Shown here: positions 1 through 13,301 of the stretch, piece by piece
Layout: the number at the start of each line of letters is the position of its first letter
How positions within the stretch are numbered: the stretch's first letter is position 1
Assembly: GCA_032718475.1 (NCBI GenBank)
Contig: JAUCBJ010008381.1
Span: forward strand, 1 to 64,000
Direction: 5' to 3'
Origin: Nemertoderma westbladi
Taxonomy: Eukaryota; Animalia; Xenacoelomorpha
DNA: 64,000 nucleotides
Position numbers and translations under genes: made by a program
Notes under the pieces: generated by a model
Told to the model about the DNA's origin: nothing
What the model saw: the letters and a program-made list of their open reading frames with translations, nothing else
The model's database searches: none

Positions 1-1445
1 TAACTAAATAATTAGACATAGACGGGTTTAGACAAAGTTGTTGTTAGGAATGTTTTTGTTGAACGATTTAAAGCTGGCGTTTATAAACGTTTACAAGTCC
101 GAAAAATTGACCTCAGCAAATTAAATATTTTGCCCCCCCCCCCCCCCCCCCAGCAAAATCCTAGAACCGCCCCTGTCGGTAGAGGACGCTCTAGGACATG
201 AGACACGTAGTAAAGTTAATTGTTAAAGATGTCCCAACATTATTTTAGCTTTGTATTGTATTTATTTGTGTGCAATTAAAAGGTCATGGTACAATCAAAT
301 CAATCCCATCAAATCAAATCCATTCGTATTTTGAGTTTTTTCGAATTTGTTTTACAAATACAGGTTTAAATTTCAACTTTAAATTGCAAAACACATATTA
401 ATAGCGGTATCTAAGGTAACAATCGGGGGGGGGGGGGGGGGGGGGGGGTGGTTGTTGGGTTAATTAACATAGTCCTGTGGTCGGTTAGTTATAATAAATA
501 TAAAAAAAATTATTTAAATGATAATGGTCCGCTTTTCAAAAATGTGCCCTACCCCACTCCAGATGCTCCCTACGTCCATGATACAGGTAAAGCTAGTAAT
601 TGGCTTGGAGGAGGGAGGGGGAACTGGAGGTACGTCGTAAACCCTCCCACGAAATTGTTTATACTAATTAGTTGGGTAATTAGTTGTATTTGGAATCCTT
701 GCAAGACAAGCTTTTTATTGATATGAAAAAATAAAGTTACTAAACATTAGTGTTTGATAATTTTTTAAATATTTCAAAAAATATTCGTTCTAGAACATTA
801 TTTTTTAAAAATAAAATAGCTAGTCATGTTCTGGTATATTTCAAAAAATAAATTCAAAAACTTAACTAGATAGTATATTAAATTTGGTCTTTCTGACTAT
901 CCGACAATCTGTCCATCATATATAAGAAAAGGATCAGTTTAGTTTAATACCTGGAGTATACTACCCCCCCCCCCCCCCCCCCATAGAGTTTCGTGGAGCT
1001 ATACTTACCATGGAGCTATAGAGTTTCGATAAAGCTGTAAAGTTTCCCCCAGGATAATAATAATAATTTTATAAAGGCTTTATTTAATTAACCTAATCTT
1101 ACTTAAAAATCATGACAACTAAATTATTGTTTACAAATACATTTCAACGGATACAATAAATTTGTTAAATACACTCTAATTATATTGACGCAAAGGAACA
1201 ACAGATATCAAGAGAGAGACTTTCAGTCTGGATTTCCGCATAGAAAAATAGTTTTACAATAATTAGTATTAATTATTATGGGTAGAATGTATTCGAATAT
1301 TTCAAGTGATTATTTCAATGAAACGTTGCAAATTATGACTACAACACTGTTGATAACGGTTATAAGATAAGATAGTCTCTATACCATGTTATGTAGCAAT
1401 CATAATAATAATCAGATTACACATCTTTACTTTAGGAAACATAAA

Positions 1446-1612
1446 TAGGTACAAGACCATACACAACTGTTACATAATAGGTACAAAATGTACGCAACTT
1501 GGTACATAGTAGGTGTAAAAGGTACACAACTTGGTACATAATAAGTACAAAAGGTACACAACTTGGTACAATGGGTACAAAAGTTACACAACTTGGTACA
1601 TTGTAGGTACAA
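1446..1612. repeat. Minisatellite, ~30 bp unit (GGTACAAAAGKTACACAACTTGGTACAT...)
   Basis: About 5 degenerate tandem copies; explains the repetitive ORFs 1427-1612 and the tail of 1432-1869. Confidence 0.85.
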
Positions 1613-1615
1613 AAC

Positions 1616-2455
1616 GGCGCCCGGGATACAATGGTGTACCCGGAAAGAAGATGCGCAGATAAACGGATAAATTCGGCGAAAATAAACATAATTTCAGCAT
1701 TCTTTAAAGATACCGACAGACCACAGACTGCGGGAATACAGGAATAACGGGAGTTTGCGTAAATTAGCGGGAATCTCGAACTGTCGAAAGCTTTCCCGAG
1801 ATCACTTCCGTTTTTACTGTACCGGTACCCAATTGTGCCCACATCCAGATCGATCCGATAACCGATCACGTCGCCTAGTCCATATGGTTGTCCATAGTCG
1901 TCAAAATGCCGCCCGAAACACTTCTTACCGTTTCCTCCGAAGCCAAAACTATTTTTATCAGTCCCGATATCGAGTGTCGCGCTTCCGGTGCTCCAACCAA
2001 CCCGGCATGGGCCCTCGCACCTCGTCCTTTACCGTCGCCTCGTAATAGCTGAATAGTAACGAAACGACCGGATCCGACTATTCCTTTAGTCGTCCGGGTA
2101 CCGTGCCAACTCCTCTGGCCACGCGCATGACACAGCAACCGTCCGGGGAGATGGCCAACTGGTCACCTCTATCGCTCTATCGAATGAGTTCAACTGAAAT
2201 TTCGTAGGCCTAGTTCTTCCCCCCGATTTCCCATCGAGTTTTCCATCTCGGAGTTTGTACCGTAGAGTTTCATGGACCAGCTGTAGTATCGGGATACAGA
2301 ATGCCCCGGTCTTCCCGCTTCCGCCGCCATCAGCACAGTCTCCACCGCCCAGGATCAGAGCTGCAGAGGGACAGCCTCACCCTGCAAGTTGGTCGGTAGA
2401 CTCCATTCCAGGACATCCAACGCGCGTCCGATTTCCTTCTGAACACCACAGTCAG
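1616..2455 (-). pseudogene. DDX1: DDX1 (DEAD-box helicase 1) 5' fragment: Q motif, motif I and SPRY insertion; frameshifted, no introns seen
   Basis: Joined minus-strand frames read [60 protein letters not shown]...SWHGTRTTKG...YYEATVKDE...CRVGWSTGSATLDIGTDKNSFGFGGNGKKCFGRHFDDYGQPYGLGDVIG...SKNGSDLGKAF...LKNAEI. This is colinear with the DDX1 N-terminus as I recall it (a SPRY domain after motif I is diagnostic). Many small indels; ends at the minisatellite. Confidence 0.9.
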
Positions 2456-2959
2456 CTACAGAGCTACGAATGATCCCATACTGTGTACTGCAGTACTGCC
2501 ATACCTGCATACTGCAGTACTGCCATGCCATATACAATAGCCTAATGCAATAGGCCAATACAGCAATAGTCATACAACCAGACTGCGTTCAGTGTTAGGC
2601 AAAACAGAAGTAGGCCTAGCCTAAGCAGCTAGGCTTGTACAGTCTGCAGTCTGACAGTTGTAGCTACAATAATTGCCGAAATGCATCGGATCGGATCGGA
2701 CGGCATCTGACTATAAATGCACCCTAGCAGGATTCTCGATTCAGGGATTGAGTACAGCCTGACAGTACCGGTACACATGGTACATGCAGAATTGCAAAAT
2801 TTGTCAGAAAACCAGCTGATTTATCCTACAGTAATAATAATTTAACGCATTTTAAATTTGGATAAATAAATTTATTATAACTGCAATAACAGTTACACTG
2901 ATGCTGCACGAAGGCCCCACGCAAATTCTACTTGGAAAATTTTCAAACTTTTGCCAAAC

Positions 2960-3155
2960 AACATGTGTACCAAGTTTGGATAGATTTCATCAAGGATTGG
3001 CCGAGTTATTAACGTTTAAAATAAAATACTGAAAAAAAACGCGACAGAACGACAGAACGACAGAACGACAGAACGACAGAACGACAGAACGACAGAACGA
3101 CAGGTTGATTAATGGTACCACTACGCTAAGGCTCACTCACTTCGTGGCTCGCCCC
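2960..3155 (+). mobile_element. Non-autonomous Helitron/Helentron-like (HINE-type) interspersed repeat with (GACAGAAC)7 microsatellite
   Basis: GACAGAAC x7 at 3043-3103 followed by a GC-richer terminal segment; related copies in opposite orientation at ~7470-7620 and ~22815-22960. Class is inferred from architecture. Confidence 0.45.
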
Positions 3156-4006
3156 ACATTAAAAATACAAGGATTAATATTTTAACATAAACCCACGAGG
3201 TAATATTATAATAAGGTAATATATTAAGCCCTTCATGGTTAAAGTGTGGAGTCACTCCTGGTTTTGCCTCACGTAGCTATTTCGCCTAGTTTAGGGCACT
3301 CAGTGCAAATTAGACAATACTAGCAAGCAGAATAGCTCAGTTGTCACCCCCCTTATTGTGTGAAAGGAGGCCATTTTCCGACATAGTCCACTAATATTAC
3401 TCCTACGTTTCCTCGAAATATCACTAACGTGACGGTATGTCTACTTTCCTTCACTGAAATACAAAATAGTTATCTTTACTTTTGTTCACTGAAATAGTGA
3501 GTAAAAAGCAATACTATATTTCTCTGCTTTTACAAACTTAAGTGAAAGATATCGAATTTTTTAGTAAATATTTGAAGCATTATTTAAGGATATTGTTAGA
3601 CGCCAGTATTTAAGGATATTGTTAGACGCCAGTTCCTGTACCTCAGCACACTGGTATTGCACGTTATGCAAACTGTGCGGCCATGGTATACGAACCAGTA
3701 CTTCGTACTACCTCGTCGAGACAGGGGGGGAAACTCGACGCAAAACCCGCCTTGGCGAATTAATATCCCGCCTCAATGTTAAATTCTCAATTTAGGGAAA
3801 GGAGCATGTTACAGTGGCACGTTATTATAATCAAAACAATAAACTAATCACAATAGAACAGGTTACAGTTTTATTTTTGAGAGTAATAAATAACCTGTTA
3901 TTTGCGTCGAATTTCCCCTGGAGAGGGATGAATTTTTATTGCGTCTAGTTTCCCCCCTATCTGACCTCGTCAAACGAGACCCAAAGGCATCGACTCGTAA
4001 GCACCT

Positions 4007-4388
4007 GCTGCTGCTAAGAGCATTAAGACCAATCGTGCTAGTGGAGTAGATGGTGTTCCCCCTGAGGTCTTTAAAATACCTGAGTGTTTAAAGTTCATCT
4101 ATCCCATCATAGTAGACATGTACCGAACAACAAGAGTCCCACAAGAAATGAAAACAAATAAGTTGGTGCCAGTTCCCAAGAAGGGCAACCTAACACTCTA
4201 TGGTTCTTTTCGGGGAATCTCATTGATCTCGATTGCTGCAAAGCTATACAATAGAATTCTATTAAATCGCATCAGGGATCCCATTGAGAGACTGCTCCGT
4301 GGCAATCAGAATGAGTTCCGTAAAGGTCGTGGGACCATGGAGCCCATTTTGGCACTTAGAAGGATAATTGAAGAGCTATCAAAAAAGT
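4007..4388 (+). mobile_element. RTE LINE internal RT fragment (same family as 42821-45217)
   Basis: Near-identical to the reverse complement of ~44020-44400 (MYRTTRVPQEMKTNKLVPVPKKG...). Confidence 0.9.
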
Positions 4389-5540
4389 TGTTGACTTCTC
4401 AAAATGTTCCAGAATATGGTTCCACATTTTTGTCTTCTCTATCTATATACTACACTATATAGCCCAGAAGGTGACACAGATTCATATATTGCTCTATTGT
4501 TTTATATTGGTAGCCCTCCGCCTCCAGGGTGACTGACAATGTATTCAGCATGCCGCATACATAGTAATCCTCCCTCGACTGGGTGTTTTGCATCCTAGAT
4601 ACATGGGGGAAGACTAGGAATGGTGCTAATTATATTAATTTATTTAATAATCATATCGTTTGTCTTTTTATTTTTTGAATCTTCAACATCGTGATTGGCT
4701 CAAGTTTTACCTGCTGCTTTACAGCTGTTAGCTATTAACTCATTTTGCTCCAATAATTAATTTATTTCGTTTTATTTTTAGCCCCTTGGATAATAATACA
4801 AAGCCAATCAACAACGTAACCCAAGGAAACGGTAACTAAGCAACAACGTAATCACACGGATTCCGTAATTAAGACATGCCGTACTCGGCAAGATGACGTT
4901 ATGGCAAAGAGAGTCGTTGGTGCGAATGAATATTAAATCGAAGAAGAAATAACTTAGCGATATTAGTGCGTGTAGAACCCCTGCCAGACACAATAGTCCC
5001 ACTGAGGACTTTAAGTCCACTCAGGTTAAAATAGTTAGTTATTTTTTTGGCATTTTACAAGGTGTTCTAGAACTGAAAAGCCATGTAGCCGTGTGGGACT
5101 GGCAGTCCCGTACGCGGTTTCTTGGCCTTTTAGTTCTAGAACGCCTTGTCCTTTGGTTATTTTAATTTAGTAACCACAGAAACTAGCTACCAATGGAACC
5201 CATCATTATAACTTTAAACTCATTCCCCATTGTGCTGTTACAATAAGCCCCACTATTTGTTGGTTAATTCTCCTGTATATATAATATAATTACCATGGCA
5301 ACAAGGTTGCATTGTCCACGTCAATATGAATTGTTACTCGTTTTTTCTACTTTTTTTTTTATTGTCCGGGTGCTCCAAGGCTCATTTTATTATCCGCAAT
5401 TTTAAAGCGCTAAATATTTATTAGGGCATAAACATATTACTTTTTACTAACGTTGGTTTCATGTGTGAAAACATTTTGTATATTCGCTGTAAATGTTTTC
5501 CATTGCATATTAAATGGTTTTATAAATTTAATTAATTTTA

Positions 5541-6284
5541 CACTGAAAAAAAAACGATTTGTTGGTTTTTTTAATAAAACCAAGAGTTTCTTTTATTAAA
5601 CCTGGGATTTAAATCATGAACCAATGGTTTTAAATTATCCCATTTTATAACTTAAAAAAGACAAAAAAGTTTAAAAAACTAATTAATTCTTTTAATCGTT
5701 CTGTTATATAAAACCTCAGATTAAATTAGAAAACTGATTAGTTTTGCTTAAAATTAGATAAAATTTAATTAATTTTAAATGTTGGAATTCTGCGCAATGA
5801 GAAAACCATTAGTTGAAAGGTTAACTTTTTTTTACATTGAGCAGAGCACTACCATAAATCCCATTAATTTATTTATATCAATAAATATATTTGTTAATGG
5901 CCCCTAACAACATAATCCAGTGTCTCGATCCGTATATAACATCGATGTGCCTTTGTCTTGCATTATTAGTTTTTCGAAAATGTGGTAGTTGGATCAGAAA
6001 GTTTCGAGTTCGAATCCCACTCGAGGTATTTATACCGTCACGATAAACTAACAGTTGATAAAGTAAAACGAATGGTTTGTGCTAAAATGAAAATGACTTG
6101 TGGTTTAAACCTTTTTTGTCTTAAAAAAAACTGTTGGTGTTTACTTGGCGCATTTCTAACTCTTCGGTTACTTTCGAAACCAAATTTGTTTTTCGTAAAT
6201 AACCAAGAGATATATATTCACAAAAAAAGAATCTTTTAAATGGTTTTTTTCGGAAAAAACCAACGTACGTTTTTTTATTCAGAG
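5541..6284. mobile_element. Degenerate MITE with imperfect TIRs (paralog ~20752-21463)
   Basis: Left CACTGAAAAAAAAACGATTTGTTGGTTTTTT versus right AAAAAACCAACGTACGTTTTTTTATTCAGAG. Confidence 0.5.
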
Positions 6285-7312
6285 ATAATGGTAGGATATT
6301 AAAGTGAAACGTGGTTTGGGTCACCTAGGTATTTCTAAAAAATACAGGTTTGTTTACGACAATAAAGTTCCAATAATATGGTCTAATGATTTTGTGGTAA
6401 ATGATTTTATAAAGTGTGTCAGTATGGCTGTCTCAGGCTCACCTAATTTACTAATTACTATATGGAATCTAACATACCCTAGTAATTAACTCCCCTGGCT
6501 GTTGGCCCTTCTATTGGCTTATTTAATTGGCGTATTGATCTGAAAACAAAAGCAGTATTTTTTCTAAAATCCAAATATCTTTTTTAAGATTTTTATTTTT
6601 GAGCGTTCTTTAAAAAGGAATTTATAGTCTAAGGCCTCATGTGATTGTAGTTGTTATAATCCATTTTCTAACGACTAAAAATGTTATACATTTAATAGTT
6701 ATGGTCTTTATTTACCTCACTGTTAGCATGGTAAATAAAATGCCCTGATAATAGGGAGAAAAAGTTCTACTTTTTTTCCCAACTAATAAATAATTATTAT
6801 TTTTTGAAGTTTTTTTATACCAAACAATTTAGTGCTATGCTATTACGGTACCATATAGTAATTGGTAAAGTTGTTTGTAGTTTTGTTATTTTTTTGTGTT
6901 ATTGTATATAAAGTCTTTCAATGATCTTTCTTTTGTTTAGAGCTCGTGTACACATAATATTACGTATCTGCTTTATTAATAAATATAATTTGTAGAAATC
7001 ACTGATTACAAACAATATTTTAATATTATCTGTAATGTTTGTTTGAAACAGTTTGACAGTTTGAAACGTGTTAACATGGGTTCTTCTGGGGACTTACGGA
7101 AAGGTATGAAAAAAAAATAAAAATAATTATAACTAAATAAACTAACTAAATATATTAATATACTAAAATACTAAATAAACAGACTAAATAAACTTAAATA
7201 AACAGAACAGAGAGAATCTATGTATCGAGTGAGCGCAGCGAGGGTGGTTTACGTAAATAAAGAAAGTCATTTAATGCTGAATAGTCTTTTTGAAAGTATA
7301 TATAAAGTGTAT

Positions 7313-7400
7313 GACGGTTTAGTTCAGATGGTTCAACAACGGCAGACCTGTAATCTATTGGCTTTGGGTTCGACCCCTGCCAAGGTCTCACTCAGCCTTT
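7313..7400 (+). mobile_element. tRNA-derived SINE head / tRNA-like pseudogene (paralog 22422-22510)
   Basis: A-box-like TAGTTCAGATGG, B-box GGTTCGACCCC and an anticodon-arm-like GCAGACCTGTAATCTAT; acceptor stem does not pair. Confidence 0.5.
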
Positions 7401-7993
7401 CATATAGCCTTTCAGCTTAGTTAGCTAGCTACCTATACCTTTGGGTCACCTCCGACTGTTTGCTTTGCTTGTGGAGCTAGCCACGAAGTAAGGTGAGCCG
7501 CAGCGTAGGGGTACCATTAATGAACCGTTGGTTCTGTTGTTCTGTCGCTCCCAATATTTAAAAGTTAATAACTCGATCATTTCTCGATGTAATGTAACCA
7601 TAATTGGTACACAAATAGTCTGTCAAAAATTTAAAAATTTCACAAGCCTCCAAGAAGCGAAGCTAAGTTAATTAATTAGTTAATTATTAAATAATTTTGT
7701 GCTTAAAAATTATAACACTGTAATCCACATATCCCATTGCATTATAGTTTTTTAAACATGCTGGTTGCAAAAAATGTGGTATTGAAAAATAAAAATGGAA
7801 AATGACGGAGGAGTAGTCTTTTCAGTGAAATTTTTAAAATCTGACGCAGGCCGCTAGGGGGCGCAAAATGTTTTTTTTTTTATTTTTTATGTACTTTTGA
7901 TGATTCTCTTTTCGATGGTATATCGTTTTCTATGCATTTTTCAACCACATTGAAGACGCATGTAGGCCTACAAAATAAAAAAACCGTAAGGGG

Positions 7994-8075
7994 GGCTGGC
8001 ATTGAAGATGCGGATAATCTCGCGAAAGTCATGAGGGATATGGAGTTGTGGCGGTGCAACTTTGTTGATAAGCCG
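7994..8075 (+). mobile_element. Old RTE 3'-end fragment (paralog ~23334-23415)
   Basis: Translates GIEDADNLAKVMRDMELWRCNFVDKP versus GLKDADDLANVMGDRELWRCNFVDKP at the end of ORF 42874-45075. Confidence 0.8.
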
Positions 8076-8440
8076 TTGATAAGCTCTGTATTGGGCTTGT
8101 CAATTGTGGATTTCATAGTGGTGGCAAAATACTTTTGTTAAGCCGGTATAGCATATCAATGTTCAGTTTCAATGCAGCAGGCCGATTATATACTGTAGTA
8201 GTAGTAGGGCCTAGGCTGTGCCTTTGGGTTGGGATGCAGATTAAAAGGGGAGGAACACTTTAAATTTTGATTCAAATATGACTTAATAAATATCATTTTT
8301 ACTAAAAATTACACCGAGGCTTTACTACACAGTTACGCTAGACACAAAATCCAATGATACACTTTATTATAAATATATTTCCATCACCTAATAACACCAA
8401 GTAGTATACTCATGCGAACATAGTTTATTGGAAAGTTTAT

Positions 8441-9054
8441 TTAGTTACAAAGATCTTCACGGCAGAAACGGGTTCTGCACTTGTCTTTGCAGGTCGATTC
8501 AGCATGTCTGCATTGGTTTTCACAAACAAGACGATTTACATATTCCTTCAAGGGCAAACTATCATCTGTTATTTCAATTTCGTCCATAAGTTCCTTTGTT
8601 ACGCAAACAGGAGTTGTCGTGATCCTGGAATATCCTACGGTTGTTGTCTGAATGAAATAAGAATATTTGTTACATTACCGTTAGTGTAGCTATATATTAA
8701 TAATAATTGTATATATCAGTAATAATTTGACGATAGTCAGCTGATTAGTAGGTTTCGTACAACCCAAGGTCTCAAGTCAAAAGAGCTAAACCCGGAAAAT
8801 GACAATATATTTACAGTAAGTCCTAAAGTGAGACATAGAATCAGAGGTAATCAATTGAAATTCGTCAAACGCGTTTCTACTTGTTAATAATATAAGGATT
8901 TATTCCTTTACAGTACAGACACTGTGTGCTCGCTTACCGCGCAAATTAGACAATCTTCCATAACATCTAGGCTTTCTTCGCGCGTGTCTAAGTGGTTGCA
9001 CCTCAAACTGTATCCAACTACAACAAATGTTGCAAATACCAACAATTTCAACAT
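8441..9054 (-). CDS. Secreted Ly6/uPAR/three-finger-like cysteine-rich protein, copy A; join(9054..8938, 8647..8441), 107 aa
   Basis: MLKLLVFATFVVVGYS|LRCNHLDTREESLDVMEDCLICA^TTTVGYSRITTTPVCVTKELMDEIEITDDSLPLKEYVNRLVCENQCRHAESTCKDKCRTRFCREDLCN*. Signal peptide, LxC start, 10 Cys, terminal CxxDLCN. Phase-0 intron GTAAGC...TTATTTCATTCAG; two AATAAA just after the stop. Confidence 0.85.
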
Positions 9055-9832
9055 TTTCACAGAATTTATTTATTTGTAACCACACAAGTTTGAAATCAAA
9101 ATAATTTATTTAAACAATAGATTGGGGAAGTCGAATATTCAAAATTCTGAAAAAAAATTCGAAATAAAAAAAATTCGAAATTTTGAAATAAACCCTATCT
9201 GAATCTTTCCCACAAATTTTGCACAAGACAGCAATACTGACAGCAATAAATTGTGTAATATTGCACAATATCGAACACCAGCAAATTGTACACCAAAGGT
9301 TCCGCGGTATATAAACTAATTCCCTTATTATTTTATTTCCCTTCAATTTATTTCACGCTTTATTTCAATGTACCTAATTATATTAAATAAGATAATAATT
9401 ATTATATTATTATTATGTATTTGCAATTTCAGCGAGACTTTCCTGTTAACAAAATTATAAGATTTCCTCAAAAATTAGCAGACTAATTTAAGTGGATATT
9501 GAAAGAGTTAACCGTATCTATATACATACTGTAGGCCTACAGGCAAAAATACTACAGTAAGACACGTGGAGTGTGTTGGACAGACCAACTGTACACTATG
9601 TAGGGTAGGTAGGTAGATACTCGACTGTATGTACGAAAGACATTGAGTCTACAGTATAAGTGTGTTGAACGAACTATAGAACTGAATGTGCAGTATAAAC
9701 TGTTGGAAACGTTATCGGGTGGCAGGTGTCTGAGTTATTTAATAATCGTAAATTATTATCCGAGGCTGCAATCTCGGCGCAATTCTATGTTGCAACAAAC
9801 TTATAGAGTAACGAGTGCTTACCGATGATATA

Positions 9833-10662
9833 TGGATCTAGGACACTTCCCCCCCGGACACTTCCCCCCCGCCCTAGTAGGACACTTCCCCCCGGACACT
9901 TCCCCCCCGGACACTTGCCCCCGGACACTCCCCCCCCCCCAGTTAAAGTGTTAAAATTAATCCCGGTGCATCAAAGCAATAAACAAAAGTTAAAGATGGT
10001 TACAGGACAAGTTGTATCAAGACAAGTTTTTTCAAAATTATAAAATAAACATTTTTATAGTCAAATTTTGTTTGTTTTTCTTTTAATTCCTTTAATTCTT
10101 TTAATTTCTTTTAATTGGGGGCTGCCGCCCCCAAACCCCCGCTTCTTTTGTTGGGGCTACCGCCCCCAAAACCCCGCTTCTTTTCTTGGGGGCTGCTGCC
10201 CCAAACCCCCGCTTCTTTTATTGGGGGTTATCGCCCCCAGACCCCGGCATTTCCCTGAGTGCCCGTGGTGAAAGACTTAAGACCATTTTGAAATAATTAA
10301 TTCATGTTTGTATCATCAGATAATAAATTGTCTAAGCCTAAAGTAGGAGCTGTATTGAATGTTAACCAATTTAATATATAAATTACTACAATATTATATA
10401 ATTCAACAAAATCCTATTAAAAATATTGCAAGTAACCATGAAATTTAATATGTAGTGTGAAATTGGATACAACTTATCTGGATACAAGCGGTCAGCGGTA
10501 CAAGCGGTTTACCTTACAAAATGAAAAATACGAATGTGAGAAGTTAAGAACAGTCGGGGGGGAAGTGTCCGCGGGGGGAAGTGTCTGGGGGGAAGTGTCC
10601 TGGGGGGAAGTGTCCTACTTGAGCGGGGGGGAACTGTCCGGGGGGGAAGTGTCCGAACACCG
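9833..10662. mobile_element. TA-flanked MITE with subterminal arrays (GGACACTTCCCCCCC)n / (GGGGGGAAGTGTCC)n
   Basis: Inverted repeat arrays at 9841-9940 and 10555-10655; absent from duplication copy B. Confidence 0.8.
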
Positions 10663-11061
10663 TACAGTACTATTAATGTATACTGTAATAATAATATAAT
10701 TGTTGCATTTAAAATTATGTGCGCCAGCATTAATACTTCGAAAACATTCAGCTCGCGGTACGCCGATTTTAGAGCATTCATCGCGTGTTCATGTCTTTTT
10801 AAATAATAGACTATGTCATCTGAATGTCAAATGTCTACAGTTTGTACAGTATGAATAAAAGGACGAAAAGTTTACAAAGTTTCAAAGTGAATACTGAGCT
10901 CAATAAAATAACACAAACTATATATATGTGATACAAAAAATATCTAACTATTTTAGATTTAGTATCATTGCCTCTTACAAAGATTTCCTATACAGGGATG
11001 AAATGAATGCTACAATAATTTTTTCCATCCAAATTGAAGGTAAATTTTGTTGTCTGCATTT

Positions 11062-11370
11062 ACACCACAGTAAACCCTTCCACTCTGTTTCCTAAAGGGA
11101 TGCCTGTTCTCCACTATGGGTTATCTTCCACAGTAAACCCTTCTACTATGTTTCCTAAAAGAATGCCTGTTCACCACCATATGGGTGATCTTCCACAGTA
11201 AACCCTTCCACTCTGTTTCCTAAAGGGATGCCTGTTCTCCACAATGGGTGATCTTCCACAGTAAACCCTTCCACTATGTTTCCTAAAAGAATGCCTGTTC
11301 ACCACCATATGGGTGATCTTCCACAGTAAACCCTTCAACTCTGTTTCCTAAAGGAATGCCTGGTCACCAC
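11062..11370. repeat. Minisatellite, 62-64 bp unit (CCACAGTAAACCCTTCCACTCTGTTTCCTAAAGGRATGCCTGTT...)
   Basis: About 5 tandem copies; same family at 59268-59520. Confidence 0.9.
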
Positions 11371-13301
11371 CGACCTAGCACCGACCTTAGTACATCTTCT
11401 GTCACCATGTGGGTGTTCATCAACTTCGTCATCAGATGCTTGGAACTACCCACGAGTCTCTCGACGCACCCTAAAGTATGCGGAGCATACAGCGTCCTCC
11501 TTTCCCACTTCACCTGTCGTCTCCTCATTGCTGCCCTGACTTCCTCTGCTTCCAGGATGTCTAAGGCCTCCGCCAGCTCATTCTCCGCCCCCACAAAGTT
11601 GGTTCCATTGTCGGAGTAGATCAGTGCGATCGTCCCACCTTTGCGGTCTCTGAATCTCTCTAGGGCATTGATAAATGCCGATGCGGTTGCGTCTTGGGCG
11701 AGTTCTATTCCTACCGCCCGCGTGTTGTTACATACCAAGATAATGCCGTAGCGCTTCTCCGTGTGCCGCATCACCCTGATCTTTATCGGCCCGAATATGT
11801 CTACACTGCAGTGCGTGAATGGCGGGTCGTGCTGTCTCACCCTGCTGGCCGGTAATGGCGCCATCTCCTGTACGGCCCACTCCTTCCTCGTCCGTCGGCA
11901 GGTCTGGCACTGCCCCACTACCGCCTTCACCTTCTTTCTTAGTTGTGTGATCCAGAAGGTCCTCCGTATCTCCGTGAGGGTCCGGTTGGTGCCCCCGTGC
12001 AATATCGACTTGTGGGAGTCCCAAATGATCTGGTGGACCATCGGCGATCTATTCGGGATGATGATGGGTTTCGGTGGGATAATGAGGCTGTTGTTATTTA
12101 GCACTCTGGAGTTCATTACTAAGATCCCATCGTCATTGAGTTGTGGCGACAGCATGATGAGCTCGCTGTCCCGTCGAAGATGTTGTTGTTTACCGACGCG
12201 CTCCACTTCGTCGCCGTAGTTCTTTCTCTGTTCGTAGCAAATCACGGCCTTGGCCGCTCCCTCCAGATCGATGTTTGGTTTCCTCTTGGCGTCTTTGCCA
12301 ATTCCCTTGAGGAAATCCCCGAAGGCTCTCCAGTACGCTACCAACTTCTTGGTCTTGTACCAACTTGAGCTGTAGCTGAGGAGTTTATCCGTCGGGTTAT
12401 CGCATGGTTCTTCTGGTTTTGGTTGCACGTCCCTGATCTCCCTCACCATCTGACTATATATCTCTTCACCTTCTGAGTCTCCTCCCTCTTCCTCTAGTGC
12501 TACTTCCTCTGAGCCTGGGTCCACCTTCTTCATCGGTGGCCAGGCTGTCTTATCGTTCAGGAATTGTGGCCCGTGCTGCCACAATACTTCCTTCTTTAAG
12601 AAAGTGTGGCGTGCCACGCCCCTCGATAACAAGTCCGCTGGGTTCTCGTCCGTTGTGCAGTAGTGCCACCTTTCCAACTCAGTCGTCGCTCTTATTTCGT
12701 CCACCCTATTTGCGACGAATATAGGGTATCTCGTCTTCTCATTGTGTAGCCAACCAAGCACTACCATGGAGTCCGTCCAGTAGTGTGTTTCCACTATGTT
12801 GGGAATATTGTCCATCAAGTAGGCTGTGGCCCTTACTCCTAACCTCGCAGCTGTCAACTCGAGTTTCGGGACCAATGCTGAATCTGGCGGCGTCGACTTT
12901 GCTTTGCTGAATGCAAGTCTGGGCTTATGAGCCCCCTCTCGTTGTACTAGGTAGAGTGCCGCTCCGTATGCTTCCAATGACGCACCGGAGAACATGTGTA
13001 GCTGTAGATCCAGATCCGTCATGTCCCCATTCGGGAAATACACGCGTGGCATGCTGTATGTTCCCATCTGTTCTAAACTCTCTGTCCACTTACTCCACTG
13101 CTTGCTGATCTCTTCCGGGACCTCTGTATCCCACTCGTCCTTTAGCTTATATACTTTCTTAAGTATTTGCTTCCCCGTGACTAGTAGTGGGGATGATAGG
13201 CCTAGGGGATCGTATATCCTTGCTATGTACGATACATAGCCCCTCTTTGTGTGGATGTCCGCGCCCTCTTGGCTCAGCTGGTACTTGAACTAGTCTGTCT
13301 C
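11370..13301 (-). mobile_element. BEL/Pao pol fragment (end of RT, RNase H, integrase), third family
   Basis: TKRGYVSYIARIYDPLG, LHMFSGASLEAYGAALYL, VPKLELTAA, YWTDSMVVLGW, NPADLLSRG, HHCC (H..ILHGG..CQTC), VDIFGP, YSDNGTNFVGA, ERLVG. Confidence 0.93.

Larger units (their letters stand above)
3156..11370 (+). repeat. Segmental duplication, copy A
   Basis: 3156-9830 aligns at high identity with 18669-25375. 10679-11370 aligns with 40377-40646 + 42185-42216 + 59065-59520. Confidence 0.92.

Noticed and set aside
7313-7390. Functional tRNA gene
   Set aside because: The cloverleaf does not close; better explained as a SINE head.
8900-9085. ORF-track 61-aa Cys-containing ORFs (also 24293-24478)
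   Set aside because: Wrong frame; the overlapping frame from ATG 9054/24447 gives a signal peptide and a splice donor.
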